Numbered from the stretch's first letter, positions 10,159-20,908 are shown. The stretch is 64,000 nucleotides of DNA from a bacterium (GCA_965249485.1 OZ252239.1:608001-672000), one strand, 5' to 3'. Notes: a model not told the origin generated them from the sequence alone. Translations and numbers: made by a program.

Positions 10159-11211
10159 ATGAAAAAATTAGTACTATTAACGGTAGCAGCCTTTGTCATT
10201 TTTCTTATTGTGAACGGTATTCAATCAAGTATTGAACGGGCACAGACTACTGTCATGTCGATCAAGGATGTACAGGCACAAGAAGGTATCCCGGTGATTG
10301 TGACAGATGTCGTGACGCGAGACCTTACCGAATTCAGGAGTTATACCGGCCAAGTGAAAGGCTTAGAACAGGCAGATGCAACTGCCATGATACTGGAGAA
10401 AATCGAGGAGATCAATGTAACCGTCGGGAGCCGGGTCAAAATGGATCAGGTACTTGTCAATCTGGACAGGACAAATCCTGCAGCCCGGTACCGGCAGGCG
10501 TCAGATGCATTTGCCGAAACCACGAAAGACCGCGAGCGGAGTTCCGATCTGCTTGAAGCCGGGGCAATATCCGAGCAGATGTACGATAGGGCAGTTCTTG
10601 CAGAAAATATTGCACGGGCAGATCTCGATGCGGTAAATCGAATGCTGGAGGTCAGAGCTCCAATAAGCGGATTAGTAACCGATATTTTTTATGATGAAGG
10701 CGAGACGGTCAATCCGGGTGCTCAGATTATCCGTATTGCTAAGCTCGAAACAGTCATCACTGAGATTGAGGTTGGTGAATCCGAAATCCCACTTTTTTCT
10801 AAGGGGTTGTCTGCCCGCATTCGAACGAGGACATTTCCTGACAGGGTTTTTGAGGGACAGGTATCGAGAATCGCCCTCTCGACCAATCCATCCGCACGAA
10901 ACTTTACGATTAAAATTGAGATACCTAACTCAGAACATCTGCTCAAACCCGGCATGTTCACAACTGTTGATGTTATCATATCTGAATCTACCGACAGAGT
11001 TGCCGTCCCCGCGGACGCACTTGTCACAGAAAACGGCAGTACCTTTGTGTATATCATTAATGGCGAAACTGCAAAGAAAGTACCCGTCGTGCAGGGGATA
11101 ACCAGCGGGACATGGGTAGAGGTAAGTGGTGAGATTTCTGAGGGTGATACCGTTGTCATTGAGGGACATAACAAATTGCAAAATGGCTCTAAAGTTGTGG
11201 TCATATCATAG
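10159..11211 (+). CDS. RND efflux periplasmic adaptor (MFP)
   Basis: VRAPISG, LKPGMF, VPADAL, N-terminal TM. Confidence 0.95.
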   Translation: MKKLVLLTVAAFVIFLIVNGIQSSIERAQTTVMSIKDVQAQEGIPVIVTDVVTRDLTEFRSYTGQVKGLEQADATAMILEKIEEINVTVGSRVKMDQVLVNLDRTNPAARYRQASDAFAETTKDRERSSDLLEAGAISEQMYDRAVLAENIARADLDAVNRMLEVRAPISGLVTDIFYDEGETVNPGAQIIRIAKLETVITEIEVGESEIPLFSKGLSARIRTRTFPDRVFEGQVSRIALSTNPSARNFTIKIEIPNSEHLLKPGMFTTVDVIISESTDRVAVPADALVTENGSTFVYIINGETAKKVPVVQGITSGTWVEVSGEISEGDTVVIEGHNKLQNGSKVVVIS

Positions 11212-11235
11212 ATACTTACACATAGGAAAACAGAT

Positions 11236-14200
11236 ATGTTTATTACACGGTTATCGGTATTTCGTCCTGTACTTATGCTTATGGTCATTATGACCTTCGT
11301 TGTATTGGGAATCTATTCATATTCGGATCTTGCTATCGATTTATTTCCACAAGTCGACTTCCCTTTTATCACAGTCAGAACAGTCTATCTCGGTGCTGGT
11401 CCTGCTGAAATAGAAAACCTCATTACGCGTCATATAGAAGAAGAGGTGAGCGCTATTAACGGGGTGAAGAATATTACCTCAACATCGGTCGAGGGCGTTT
11501 CGGTGGTTGCGATTGAGTTTGAGGTCGGCACAGATGTCGATGTTGCAGCGGCGGATGTTAAGGATAAAATTGAGATTGTCCGGCCAAAGATTCCGCTGGA
11601 GGCCGAAGATCCGGTTATCTTAAAGTTTGATATCGGAGCCCAACCTGTTATGGATCTTGCCATATCGAGTACACGGCCACTCGAGGAGTTATATGAGTTG
11701 ACAGACGATGTGATAAAGCCCGAGCTTATGAAAATACCCGGCCTTGCTTCGATCAATATTCTTGGCGGCAAAGAACGGGAAATAAAAGTTGAAGTCAACC
11801 AGGAGCGGATGCGTGCTCAGAATTTAGATATTCTCGATGTTGTGATGGGACTTAATGTTGAAAATCTGAATGTGCCGAGTGGTCACATTACCGAATCACG
11901 GAAGGAATACAGCATCAGGGTGTCCGGAGAATATGAAACGGTTGATGATATCAGAAACATCTTCATTCAGGACCCGGATGAACGAAAAGTCCGTCTACGG
12001 GATATCGCTGTTGTCGTCGATGATTTTAAAGAACTGCGCCAGCTTGCGCGATTTAATAACGATGTTGCGATAGGTGTTTCGCTCATTAAACGTTCCGATG
12101 CTAATATTGTTGCGGTGACTGATCTTGTTAAGCGGAGTCTAGCTACTATCATGCAAATTATTCCCGCGGACGTAACCATTAGCGTTGCATCTGATAACTC
12201 TACCTTCATCAGACAGTCTGTCAGCGAAGTAGTCAATAATAGGGGAATCGGAATATTACTGACAGCACTCGTTCTATTCCTCTTTCTTCACACCTGGGAA
12301 GGAACCGTCATTGCCGCTATTGCAATGCCAGCATCGATAATTTCAACTTTTATCCTGATTCGATTTGCGGGATTTACGATTAATTTCATGACCCTACTCG
12401 GCCTTGCTGTGACAGTTGGAGTACTCGTTACAAATTCCATTGTGGTACTCGAAAATATTTACCGGCATGCCGATAAGGATAAGGATGTCAAGAATGCGAG
12501 TATTGCAGGCACAACTGAGATTGCGACAGCTGTAGCAGCCAGCACACTGACCAATATCGTTGTATTTACACCAATTGCCTTTATGGGGGGAATAATTGGT
12601 CAATTCTTTTATGAATTCGGATTGACAGTAGCGTTTGCGACGTTATTTTCGTTCCTTGTTTCGGTAACATTGACTCCGATGCTCGCTTCTAAATTACTCA
12701 AGAGAGAAAAAAAACAGAGTTACGGATTTGACATTTTTGTTCTTTCTATCCTGACTTTACTCATTTCACTCATCATAATGGGAATTTTCATTACCGGTGG
12801 ATCGATTCTTTCTCCCCATACAGGCGCATGGATATATGTTGCCGTAATTATTGTTGGCACCGGTATTGCGGGAATAGTTGGCAAAAAAATCATGGAAGCT
12901 CCAATTCCTGTTCTAAAAAACCGGACTCTTTACAAACTTTGGTATTATTTGGTTAAACTACTGGTTTACGGGCTTATTGCAGCAATAGTAATTTGGGCTT
13001 TGGCCTATCTATTCACCACCACGATCGCTTTAACATTGGCAGCAGTGTTCGGTCTTTTACTTCTTGCTCATCAACGTTTCGGCACGCTGACCCACTTTGC
13101 ACAACTCTGGGATAGGTGGTATGCTCAAGTAGAAAATGACTATAAAAACAGTCTATCATGGTCGTTGAAAAATAAAGGTATCGTTGTTCTATTTATTTTT
13201 TCAATATTCTCTGTTACGCTATTCCTGACGCCATATGTGGGTTCAGAGTTTATGTCAAAAAGTGATCAGGGGTATATCAGTATCGCTATTGAATTACCGG
13301 CCGGCACTAATTTCGATCAGACGGAAAAAACACTTAATCGAATTGAGCGAGTTTTACTCCCCTTTCCCGAGGTAGAGAGCTTTTACACCGTTCTCGGTCA
13401 GGCTCCAGGAACATTTTTCGGGAAAAATGAGGGCATTCAGTATGGTGAGATCATTGCACATCTTGTTCCACAGGTCCAGCGAACTGTTACGACACAGGAA
13501 TTTACAGAGACACTCAAATCACATTTAACAAAAATCCCGATTGCAGATATAACAATTAAGACACGTGAGTCGGGCGGAGGCAATGAAGGGGCTGATCCAC
13601 TTCAGATAGAAATCACTGGCGAAGACCTTGTCGAGTTGAAGCAGGATTGCTGATCAGGTCGAAGAGATTTCCAGTTCAACACCAGGCGCTGTCGACATAC
13701 GTTCAAGCTGGAATGAGGGTGTTCCTGAGCTTCAGATTTTACCGAACAGAAAAGTGCTGGCAGACTTCGGCATTTCTGTCGCAAGTTTTTCATCAGCCAT
13801 TCGTGCATCTATCGAAGGTAATATCGCAACACAATACCGTGTCGGAAATAAAGAATACGATGTCCGTGTTCAACTTGACAAAACGTATATCCCCTTTGCC
13901 AATAATGTGAAGAATATTGTTATTAAAAAGGATGAAATGTATATTCCTATTAATGAACTTGCCGATATTCAGCTATCGGAAGGCCCGACATCTATTTCAA
14001 GAAAAAATAAGAAACGGTTTATAGTCGTAACCGGCAATTTCGTTAATCGGAGCGGGGGCGAAGTCGTTGCCGACATTGGCGCTCAATTGCCTGCCTTAAA
14101 TCTACAACCCGGATACCAAGTCCATTTTGGCGGCGATGCTGAAATTCAGGCAGAGTCGTTTACCGAGCTGATCACTGCGCTCATTTTGGCGTCATTATTA

Positions 14201-14668
14201 TCATATATTGTGCTCGCGGCAATACTTGAATCTTATATTCATCCATTTATAATTCTTATGACACTTCCGCTTGGTTTGATCGGAGTGATATTGTCATTGA
14301 TCATTTCAGGTAAAACGATCAATATTATATCGTTAATGGCGATGGTGATGCTTGTCGGCATCGTTGTTAATAACGGTATTTTGCTAATCGACCATATAAA
14401 AAAGCTGTATTCAGGCGGAAAAAATCTACGAGATGCTGTTGTTGAGGCTGCAGCTGTTCGATTTAGGCCCATTCTCATGACGAATATTGCAACAATCATG
14501 AGCATGCTCCCGCTAGCATTGGAATTTGGAGAGGGAGCTGAATTCAGGTCTCCAATGGCTATCGTATCAATCGGAGCACTTATCACTTCTACTATATTTA
14601 CCTTATATCTTATTCCGATATTGTATAACGTCTTTGAAGACATTAACTTGAAAAAAAACGTTTCATGA
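11236..14668 (+). CDS. AcrB/AcrD/AcrF-family RND permease, split by a +1 frameshift near 13640 (about 1143 aa if joined)
   Basis: Track ORFs 11236..13653 and 13754..14668 are contiguous RND halves (GVLVTNSIVVLENI; VRFRPILMT). The +1 frame reads ...RIADQVEEISSSTPGAVDIRSSW across the gap. Confidence 0.9.
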
Positions 14669-14809
14669 TGATGATTGTGTTAAAATCAATGAGACGAAAG
14701 CATTTTCTATTCTTACAAAAAGCAAAGTATTTTTGAATTTAATGGTAAGGAACTTGTATTTGTAAATGTACGTTCAAGATAGGTTAGCATAAAAACTCAA
14801 AGGATAAGC

Positions 14810-15403
14810 ATGAATTCATTCCATACTGCAACAATCAGAACTATTAATGCGTCATTAATGTTCGCACTATTCCTTGTATTTTGTTTATCTACGACAAGTT
14901 TTGCACAAGGAAATATCCCGACATTACACGAACCATTCCCTGATATTACTCTGCCAACACTTGACGGCAGAGAAGTCAGTCTTTCAGATTTTGAAGGCGA
15001 TAAGAATGTGATTCTTGTTACCTACCGCGGATGGGTCGGATTCTGGTGACCAATTTGCCGCCGCCAGTTAGGTGAGCTGAACAACGCATTTGACCGATTA
15101 GACCAAGAAGATGCAACACTTGTTTTTATCAGTCCGGATAATAAAGAAGCCACTGAAAAGTTTCTTGAGGAAATAGACATCACAGAGCGTAATTTTACGA
15201 TGCTGCTTGATCCTAATTTCAGTGCAATAAAAAAGCTTCAACTGTATAAAGAAAACGACATAAAAGGTGAGGCTGAACCAGCTAGCTTCGTTATCGATAA
15301 AAAAGGTGTTCTTAGATTTAAATTTATCCCCCAACACTATTCCGAGCGTCCGCCGCTTGAGCATGTTTTTGAAATATTGTCACTCCTTCAATCATCAAAT
15401 TAG
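14810..15403 (+). CDS. Secreted redoxin/AhpC-TSA (peroxiredoxin-like) selenoprotein, UxxC
   Basis: In-frame TGA 15047-15049 in YRGWVGFW-U-PICRRQLGEL. The frame stays open to TAG 15403, joining track ORFs 14810..15049 and 15200..15403. Confidence 0.88.
15065..15079 (+). promoter_or_regulatory. Putative bacterial SECIS hairpin
   Basis: CAGTT-AGGTG-AGCTG stem-loop with a G-containing apical loop starting 20 nt after the UGA. Confidence 0.65.
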
Positions 15404-15411
15404 GATTCAGT

Positions 15412-16629
15412 ATGTTTTTTCTTATTATACCCACACTAATTATTGCACTTCAGGTCTATTTTTACGTCAAATCCCGGCGTTTTATTAAAGAAGTTATTCC
15501 TGTTCGCTGGCAAAAGACACTTCAAATCGGTCTGGCAGTTTTCTTTATCTGGATGGTATCGCCACTATTGCTTATGATGGTGTTTGACCGGTCATTCTGG
15601 AGAATTCAGAGTTGGGAACTATATGTGTTTGTGTATCCTCTTCTGACCTGGTTGACGGCATGTGTTATGCTTGCAGTAATATATATAACAAAAGACATTT
15701 GTATCCTGCTTTGGAAAGGCGGCAAAAAGCTTGTATCGTGGTATTATAAAATTATGCCGTCGTATATACCGGAAAAATCCGAAGAAAAAGCTACTGCAGA
15801 AAATCCCGGCAGAAGAAAGTTTTTGCAGATCGCATCAGCAAGTCTTGCTGCTCCTCCAATTGCATTTGCATCGTACGGTGTGATTTTCGGATCCCGTAAT
15901 TATCATTTGAAAGAAATAGAGCTCAATTTTCCGAATCTTCCGGAGAATTTACGCGGGCTGCGCATAGCACAGTTCACTGATATACACTGCAGTAAATATG
16001 TTAAACAAGATGATGTCGCAAAGGCAGTCGATTATATCAACGACCAGGATCCTGATTTAGTCCTGCTTGTCGGCGACTATGTGCCCGGTGATGCACGATA
16101 TATTCATCCCTGTGCAGAAGCATTAGCCGGAATTCGCGGTAAGCATGGTACTTTTGCTACCCTTGGGAACCATGAAGAGTGGACCGATCCAATTCTTGCA
16201 ACAAAGGTGCTCGAAAAAAAGGGGATACCTGTATTCAGAAATGAAGGACAAACTCTCTCAATTAACGGTGAAAAGCTTAATCTGCTTGGAGTTGACGACT
16301 CATGGGTCGGCAATGCCGATATTCAAAAAGCGATCTCAATGGTTGAACCGGGCCATTTCAACCTTCTTATGTCGCATCAGCCGCCTTTTTGGGATATTGC
16401 TCGAAACTATGGAATCGATTTGACACTTTCCGGGCATACGCATGGAGGCCAGGTCGGATTGAATCTCTTTGGAGGTGTATTCAGACTTGGACAAATTTAC
16501 CACAAGTATAACCAGGGGCTTTTTACCGAAGACAATTCTAAACTATATGTGAGTACCGGCTTCGGGTTTACCGGTCCACCCATCCGTATCAATATCCCTC
16601 CGGAGATCATTTTCATTACATTAACGTGA
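15412..16629 (+). CDS. Membrane-bound metallophosphoesterase (YkuE/YaeI-like)
   Basis: DIH, GD, GNHE, SH, GHTH calcineurin-like motifs; N-terminal TMs; internal GRRKFL motif. Confidence 0.92.
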   Translation: MFFLIIPTLIIALQVYFYVKSRRFIKEVIPVRWQKTLQIGLAVFFIWMVSPLLLMMVFDRSFWRIQSWELYVFVYPLLTWLTACVMLAVIYITKDICILLWKGGKKLVSWYYKIMPSYIPEKSEEKATAENPGRRKFLQIASASLAAPPIAFASYGVIFGSRNYHLKEIELNFPNLPENLRGLRIAQFTDIHCSKYVKQDDVAKAVDYINDQDPDLVLLVGDYVPGDARYIHPCAEALAGIRGKHGTFATLGNHEEWTDPILATKVLEKKGIPVFRNEGQTLSINGEKLNLLGVDDSWVGNADIQKAISMVEPGHFNLLMSHQPPFWDIARNYGIDLTLSGHTHGGQVGLNLFGGVFRLGQIYHKYNQGLFTEDNSKLYVSTGFGFTGPPIRINIPPEIIFITLT

Positions 16630-16799
16630 TTATTTTCTTACCTAATACATAACTTTATTATTAACAATACATTAAGAACTATATTTTATGTCAATTCTGC
16701 CTAATACACCTCCGATTTTGATATAGTAACTACTTTAGTGAACACTATCTACAGCACGGTTTTTTTTGTTCTTTCAGCGGAATTTTTTACTTGATCACT

Positions 16800-17588
16800 C
16801 TAAATATTGAGTTCCTGATTGTAGAATGCCATTAATTCTCTCTGAATTCCGGGAGGAATATAGGTGAGAAGCCGGTTAATCACAATAGAATGAAGGACGA
16901 ATTCACGTGCAATAAACGCTACACCAGAACTTCCGGTCCATGCTGCGGAACATTTTTCTTCAGGTGTAGTACTTCCGATCAGGGCACTGTTTCTGTCGAT
17001 TACAAGCGTCAGATCCTTGACTGGAATTTTGCGTACATCCTGCCATTCATGTTCGTAAATGTGTGCAACACCGGAAATTTTGAATTGTCCATATGACGTA
17101 ATGATTAATTCGATACCTCTGCTTACAGCATCTTCTAGAACGACTCTCAGAAGTGAAAGGTCTTCTGTCCAACCACTGAGTACAATCGACTGTTCTGCAT
17201 CAAATATCATGTATTCGGCTTTACTGAGGATATTTTCACGTCCTTCGATATTCCAAATTCCCCGATGAACACGCTTTTTTACTGCTATCGTATCGAACCA
17301 ATCACGCAAATGGTCAATCTTATGATAAAGTGACCGTTCTGTTTTCCGGATTAATTCTTCCCCTGTTATCGGAATATAGGTAGTCGGTCTACCTTCTTGT
17401 GTCAGAACAAAACCTTTTGTGCTCAATATTTCGAGTGTTTCGTATATTCTTGACCTCGGAACACCCGATAACTTACTTAATTTATAACCAGTTAGGGGAT
17501 TTTCCTTGAAAAGAGCGGAGTAGGCCTTAGCTTCATAGGAAGAGAGTGCTAAAGATTCGAAAACATGGTAAATCTGAGAGAGTTTCAC
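16800..17588 (-). CDS. TrmB-family transcriptional regulator
   Basis: LSSYEAKAYSAL...YKLSKLSGVPRSRIYETL helix-turn-helix plus a PLD-like effector domain. GTG 17588 is the likely start. Confidence 0.9.
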   Translation of the reverse strand: MKLSQIYHVFESLALSSYEAKAYSALFKENPLTGYKLSKLSGVPRSRIYETLEILSTKGFVLTQEGRPTTYIPITGEELIRKTERSLYHKIDHLRDWFDTIAVKKRVHRGIWNIEGRENILSKAEYMIFDAEQSIVLSGWTEDLSLLRVVLEDAVSRGIELIITSYGQFKISGVAHIYEHEWQDVRKIPVKDLTLVIDRNSALIGSTTPEEKCSAAWTGSSGVAFIAREFVLHSIVINRLLTYIPPGIQRELMAFYNQELNI

Positions 17589-17787
17589 GATAGTAACCCA
17601 CTTAGTGAACACTAAAATATAAGTCAAAATTAGGAAAAATCAAGTACTTTATAATAACTCACCATATTAATGCTTAATTTATTGGTTGGATTTTTTCGAG
17701 ATCGGAGGAATAAATATTGAAATAGAGATATGAATTGGGGATTAGTGCAGTAGTTCTCCATTTTAGTCCATAATAACCACTATGTGC

Positions 17788-17812
17788 AAAAAAACCCGCA
17801 CAGTATGCGGGT
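17788..17812 (-). terminator. Intrinsic terminator after tRNA-Leu
   Basis: ACCCGCA-tactg-TGCGGGT followed by a U-run on the minus strand. Confidence 0.85.
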
Positions 17813-17820
17813 AATTTGTG

Positions 17821-17903
17821 TGCCCGAGGCCGGAGTTGAACCGGCACGTCCGTAGGACACTACCCCCTCAAGATAGCGTGTCTACCAATTCCACCACTCG
17901 GGC
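17821..17903 (-). tRNA. tRNA-Leu(GAG)
   Basis: GCCCGAGTGGTGGAATTGGTAGACACGCTATCTTGAGGGGGTAG...GGTTCAACTCCGGCCTCGGGCA; long variable arm; canonical position after secG; CCA not encoded. Confidence 0.96.
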
Positions 17904-17962
17904 AAAAATATTTATCAATAGCAATGTGCGTTTTTAATATAGGCTTTAATCGCAGTAATAAA

Positions 17963-18331
17963 TCACTGTGAAGTATCCACTGATGCTTCACTCTGTTGTA
18001 GAGTATTATCAATAGGCAGGCCTGGCAGGCTCGCTGCCGGAGATGTCCCGACCGGCTGACTGAGTTCCTCCTGCAGAACACTCCGAGTACCGCTTACACT
18101 CCCTTTAGAAATGAATACTTGAGAAATACAACTCAGCATGAATAAAACTGCAAGTATCGTTGTAATCTTACTTAAAAGTGTTGCAGCACCACGGCCTCCA
18201 AAAAAAGCACCTTGACCTCCACCACCTCCGAATGCGCCGGCAAGACCACCGCCTTTGCTCGACTGCATTAGTATTACAAGTACAAGAAGTATGCTGATAA
18301 TAATATGTAAAAAAACAACAACTCCAGCCAT
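17963..18331 (-). CDS. secG: Preprotein translocase subunit SecG
   Basis: LVILMQSSKGGGLAGAFGGG...LSKITTILAVLF; GGAGG RBS before ATG 18331. Confidence 0.96.
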   Translation of the reverse strand: MAGVVVFLHIIISILLVLVILMQSSKGGGLAGAFGGGGGQGAFFGGRGAATLLSKITTILAVLFMLSCISQVFISKGSVSGTRSVLQEELSQPVGTSPAASLPGLPIDNTLQQSEASVDTSQ

Positions 18332-18503
18332 GAGGCCTCCTAGTAACACCGATAAAACCTGCACATTGCCTTTGATTCCAATGTGCAAAAAAGAGTATTA
18401 AGGTACATTTATTATCGTTTTAAATCAATAAAAAAAGTCACTTAATTGTTGCAGTATCGCAACTCCGCAAATTCAGAACAATTTTCCAATGTGCGAATCT
18501 TAA

Positions 18504-19304
18504 TCATGTCCTGAATTTTCTCATTCGGACCATTACAGTACCAAAAATGGTAAGCAGCAGCTTCCGGGGCATTATTTTGAACCATGTCACTAAGAATTTA
18601 TTGTGTATTCCAGTGACAACCGAGGCACTTTTCCCAAGTTTATTCAATGCCTCCCGGACGACAGGCTCCACCTCCATAGCACCAAATGCACCGAGACCCG
18701 TACCACTCCCAAATTCAGTCCGTGTTACACCTGGTGAAAGTGACGTAACATCAATTCCATGCTGCTTCAATTCGTACCATAGTGCTTCCCCCAAATAGAG
18801 ATTATATGCTTTTGAGGCAGCATAATTCGCAAAAAAGGGAGTTGCGGCAAATCCCAGCACTGAAGAAAGAAATATCATTCCGCCCTTTTTTCTTTTTGAC
18901 ATCTGCCTGCCAATTAGATGTGCAAGAAGCAGTGGTGCTCTGCAATTAACATTAATCATGTCAAGTTCACGCTCCAGATTGCTCGACAAAAATGCTCCTC
19001 TATCTCCAAATCCTGCATTATTAACCAATAAGCCAACATTAAGTGAGGTGATTTCAGGTATAACTGTTGAAATGAAATCGTTTTTTGAAAGATCTACCTG
19101 AATAACTACTGATTTTGTCCCATATTTTTCTTTAAGTTCAGCAGCCAGTGCCTCCAAACGCTCTTTTCTGCGGGCAATCATGAGGAGATTCAAACCTCTC
19201 TCCCCAAGCTGGCGGCAAAATTCGGCTCCGATTCCAGCGGAGGCACCCGTGACAAGAGCCCAAGGACCATATTTTTCTGCAAATGTATTTATTGATCTGC
19301 TCAG
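18504..19304 (-). CDS. Short-chain dehydrogenase/reductase
   Basis: KYGPWALVTGASAGIG lies upstream of the track start; also NNAG and YAASK. No ATG/GTG/TTG precedes the Rossmann motif, so the start (CTG 19304?) is uncertain. Confidence 0.88.
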   Translation of the reverse strand: MSRSINTFAEKYGPWALVTGASAGIGAEFCRQLGERGLNLLMIARRKERLEALAAELKEKYGTKSVVIQVDLSKNDFISTVIPEITSLNVGLLVNNAGFGDRGAFLSSNLERELDMINVNCRAPLLLAHLIGRQMSKRKKGGMIFLSSVLGFAATPFFANYAASKAYNLYLGEALWYELKQHGIDVTSLSPGVTRTEFGSGTGLGAFGAMEVEPVVREALNKLGKSASVVTGIHNKFLVTWFKIMPRKLLLTIFGTVMVRMRKFRT

Positions 19305-19310
19305 AATAAT

Positions 19311-20075
19311 TTAATTGTTTTTGATTCCTGCGTCAATTATTGCACAGAATGATGAGGATTTAAGGCTGGCACCGCCTACAAGGAGCCCATCAATATCAGG
19401 TTTTGAAAGCAGTTCGTCTGCATTATCGGGTGTTACGCTTCCTCCATAGAGGATTGAAATATCATCGGCTAATTTATTGCCGAATGTCTTCGATAATAAC
19501 TCACGAATATATGCATGCACTTCTTCTGCCTGTTCCGGTGTTGCCGTTTTTCCGGTTCCGATCGCCCATACCGGTTCGTATGCCACAATAAGGTCAGAGC
19601 CATTTTCAACAGATACACCCTTAAGATTTTGTTTGAGCTGTCGTTTGATTAGGCTTTCCGTTTTACTGTTTTCGCGGTCAGCAAGTGTTTCTCCGATACA
19701 CAAAATCGGTGTCAACGGCCCTTCAATAACCCGTTTCATTTTCAAATTGATGAAGGCATCGGACTCTTTGAATATATGTCTCCGTTCGGAATGACCAACG
19801 AGAGTATAGATACAGCCGACGGAGTAAATCATACCATCCGATAATTCACCGGTGAAAGCACCCTTCCTATCAGAGTGTACATTCTGCGCACCTACTTCTA
19901 TTTTTGAGTAAGATGTCTCATAAAGAATAGCACTAAAATAGGGATAAGGAGGTAGAAGAATAACAAGCGGTTCTTCACGAGTGCCCATATAATCTGCAAT
20001 GCTTCTTGCTAACAGCTGACCTTCTGAAATCGTGAGATTCATCTTCCAATTACCAGCAATTATTGTGCGACGCAT
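19311..20075 (-). CDS. tpiA: Triosephosphate isomerase
   Basis: AGNWKMN, GHSERR, AYEPVWAIGTG, YGGSV, VGGASL. Confidence 0.98.
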   Translation of the reverse strand: MRRTIIAGNWKMNLTISEGQLLARSIADYMGTREEPLVILLPPYPYFSAILYETSYSKIEVGAQNVHSDRKGAFTGELSDGMIYSVGCIYTLVGHSERRHIFKESDAFINLKMKRVIEGPLTPILCIGETLADRENSKTESLIKRQLKQNLKGVSVENGSDLIVAYEPVWAIGTGKTATPEQAEEVHAYIRELLSKTFGNKLADDISILYGGSVTPDNADELLSKPDIDGLLVGGASLKSSSFCAIIDAGIKNN

Positions 20076-20185
20076 AGGCACACCCGCTTTTCTCAAGGTT
20101 GAAAGTGAAGTGTCATTGAATAATATACCACAGATTGTACAAAATGAAAATAATTTAATACCTAAATGAACATAAGCACTGTTTT

Positions 20186-20908
20186 CTACTGCGTAAGAGC
20201 ATAAACGGCGATATTTGTTCCCATTTCAAGAGCAGCTCTGCGTATTTCTGTCTGATTATCATGAACATCCTGATCTTCCCATCCATCACCGAGGTCTGTA
20301 TTGAACGAATAGAACACTACCATTCGGCCTTCGTGAAACAGGGCAAGACCTTGTCCCGGACCGCCGTCGTGCTCATGAATTTTGGGAATACCATTTTGAA
20401 AGTCAAAGTGATTGTGATAAATTTCATGGTTGAACGGTAATTGAACCCACTCTTTGTCGGGAAAAACCTTTCTCATTTCCCTTCTAAAGAATTTGTCCAT
20501 TCCATAATTGTCATCAGCATGCAGGAAACCACCATTTGTTAAATATATCCGCAGCCTATTAACTTCGTCATCATTCAGACGGACATTTCCGTGTCCTGTC
20601 ATATAGATGTATGGATAGGAAAAAAGGGCGTCATCCGAGATATTGACGCGTACTTCTTGCATATTCACTTTTATATCGGTATTTTCAGCAATAAATTTGA
20701 GCAAATTCGGCAACGAAGAAGGATTGGCATACCAGTCTCCACCTCCACCATAATGGAGCCGCGCAAGGATAAATCCCCCGGCAGTGCTTGCATTCTGCCC
20801 AAATACACTGGTGCAGATACCCAATAACAATGTAAAAAAAAAGATTCTGATTGCTGCTGCTTTTTTTATCAAGGCCATAGTGGATAATGACGTAAAAATA
20901 TCCGACAT
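20186..20908 (-). CDS. DUF4159 domain protein
   Basis: RLHYGGGGDWYANPSSLPNL, YMTGHG, GGFLHADDNYG, DLGDGWED. Confidence 0.88.
   Translation of the reverse strand: MSDIFTSLSTMALIKKAAAIRIFFFTLLLGICTSVFGQNASTAGGFILARLHYGGGGDWYANPSSLPNLLKFIAENTDIKVNMQEVRVNISDDALFSYPYIYMTGHGNVRLNDDEVNRLRIYLTNGGFLHADDNYGMDKFFRREMRKVFPDKEWVQLPFNHEIYHNHFDFQNGIPKIHEHDGGPGQGLALFHEGRMVVFYSFNTDLGDGWEDQDVHDNQTEIRRAALEMGTNIAVYALTQ

Noticed and set aside
16723..17614. 25-bp direct repeats as CRISPR repeats or transposon target duplication
   Set aside because: Only two copies 867 bp apart, no cas or transposase; internal palindromes fit operators better
17640..17821. Integrated element at tRNA-Leu
   Set aside because: No integrase or duplicated tRNA 3' end seen; a normal terminator follows the tRNA
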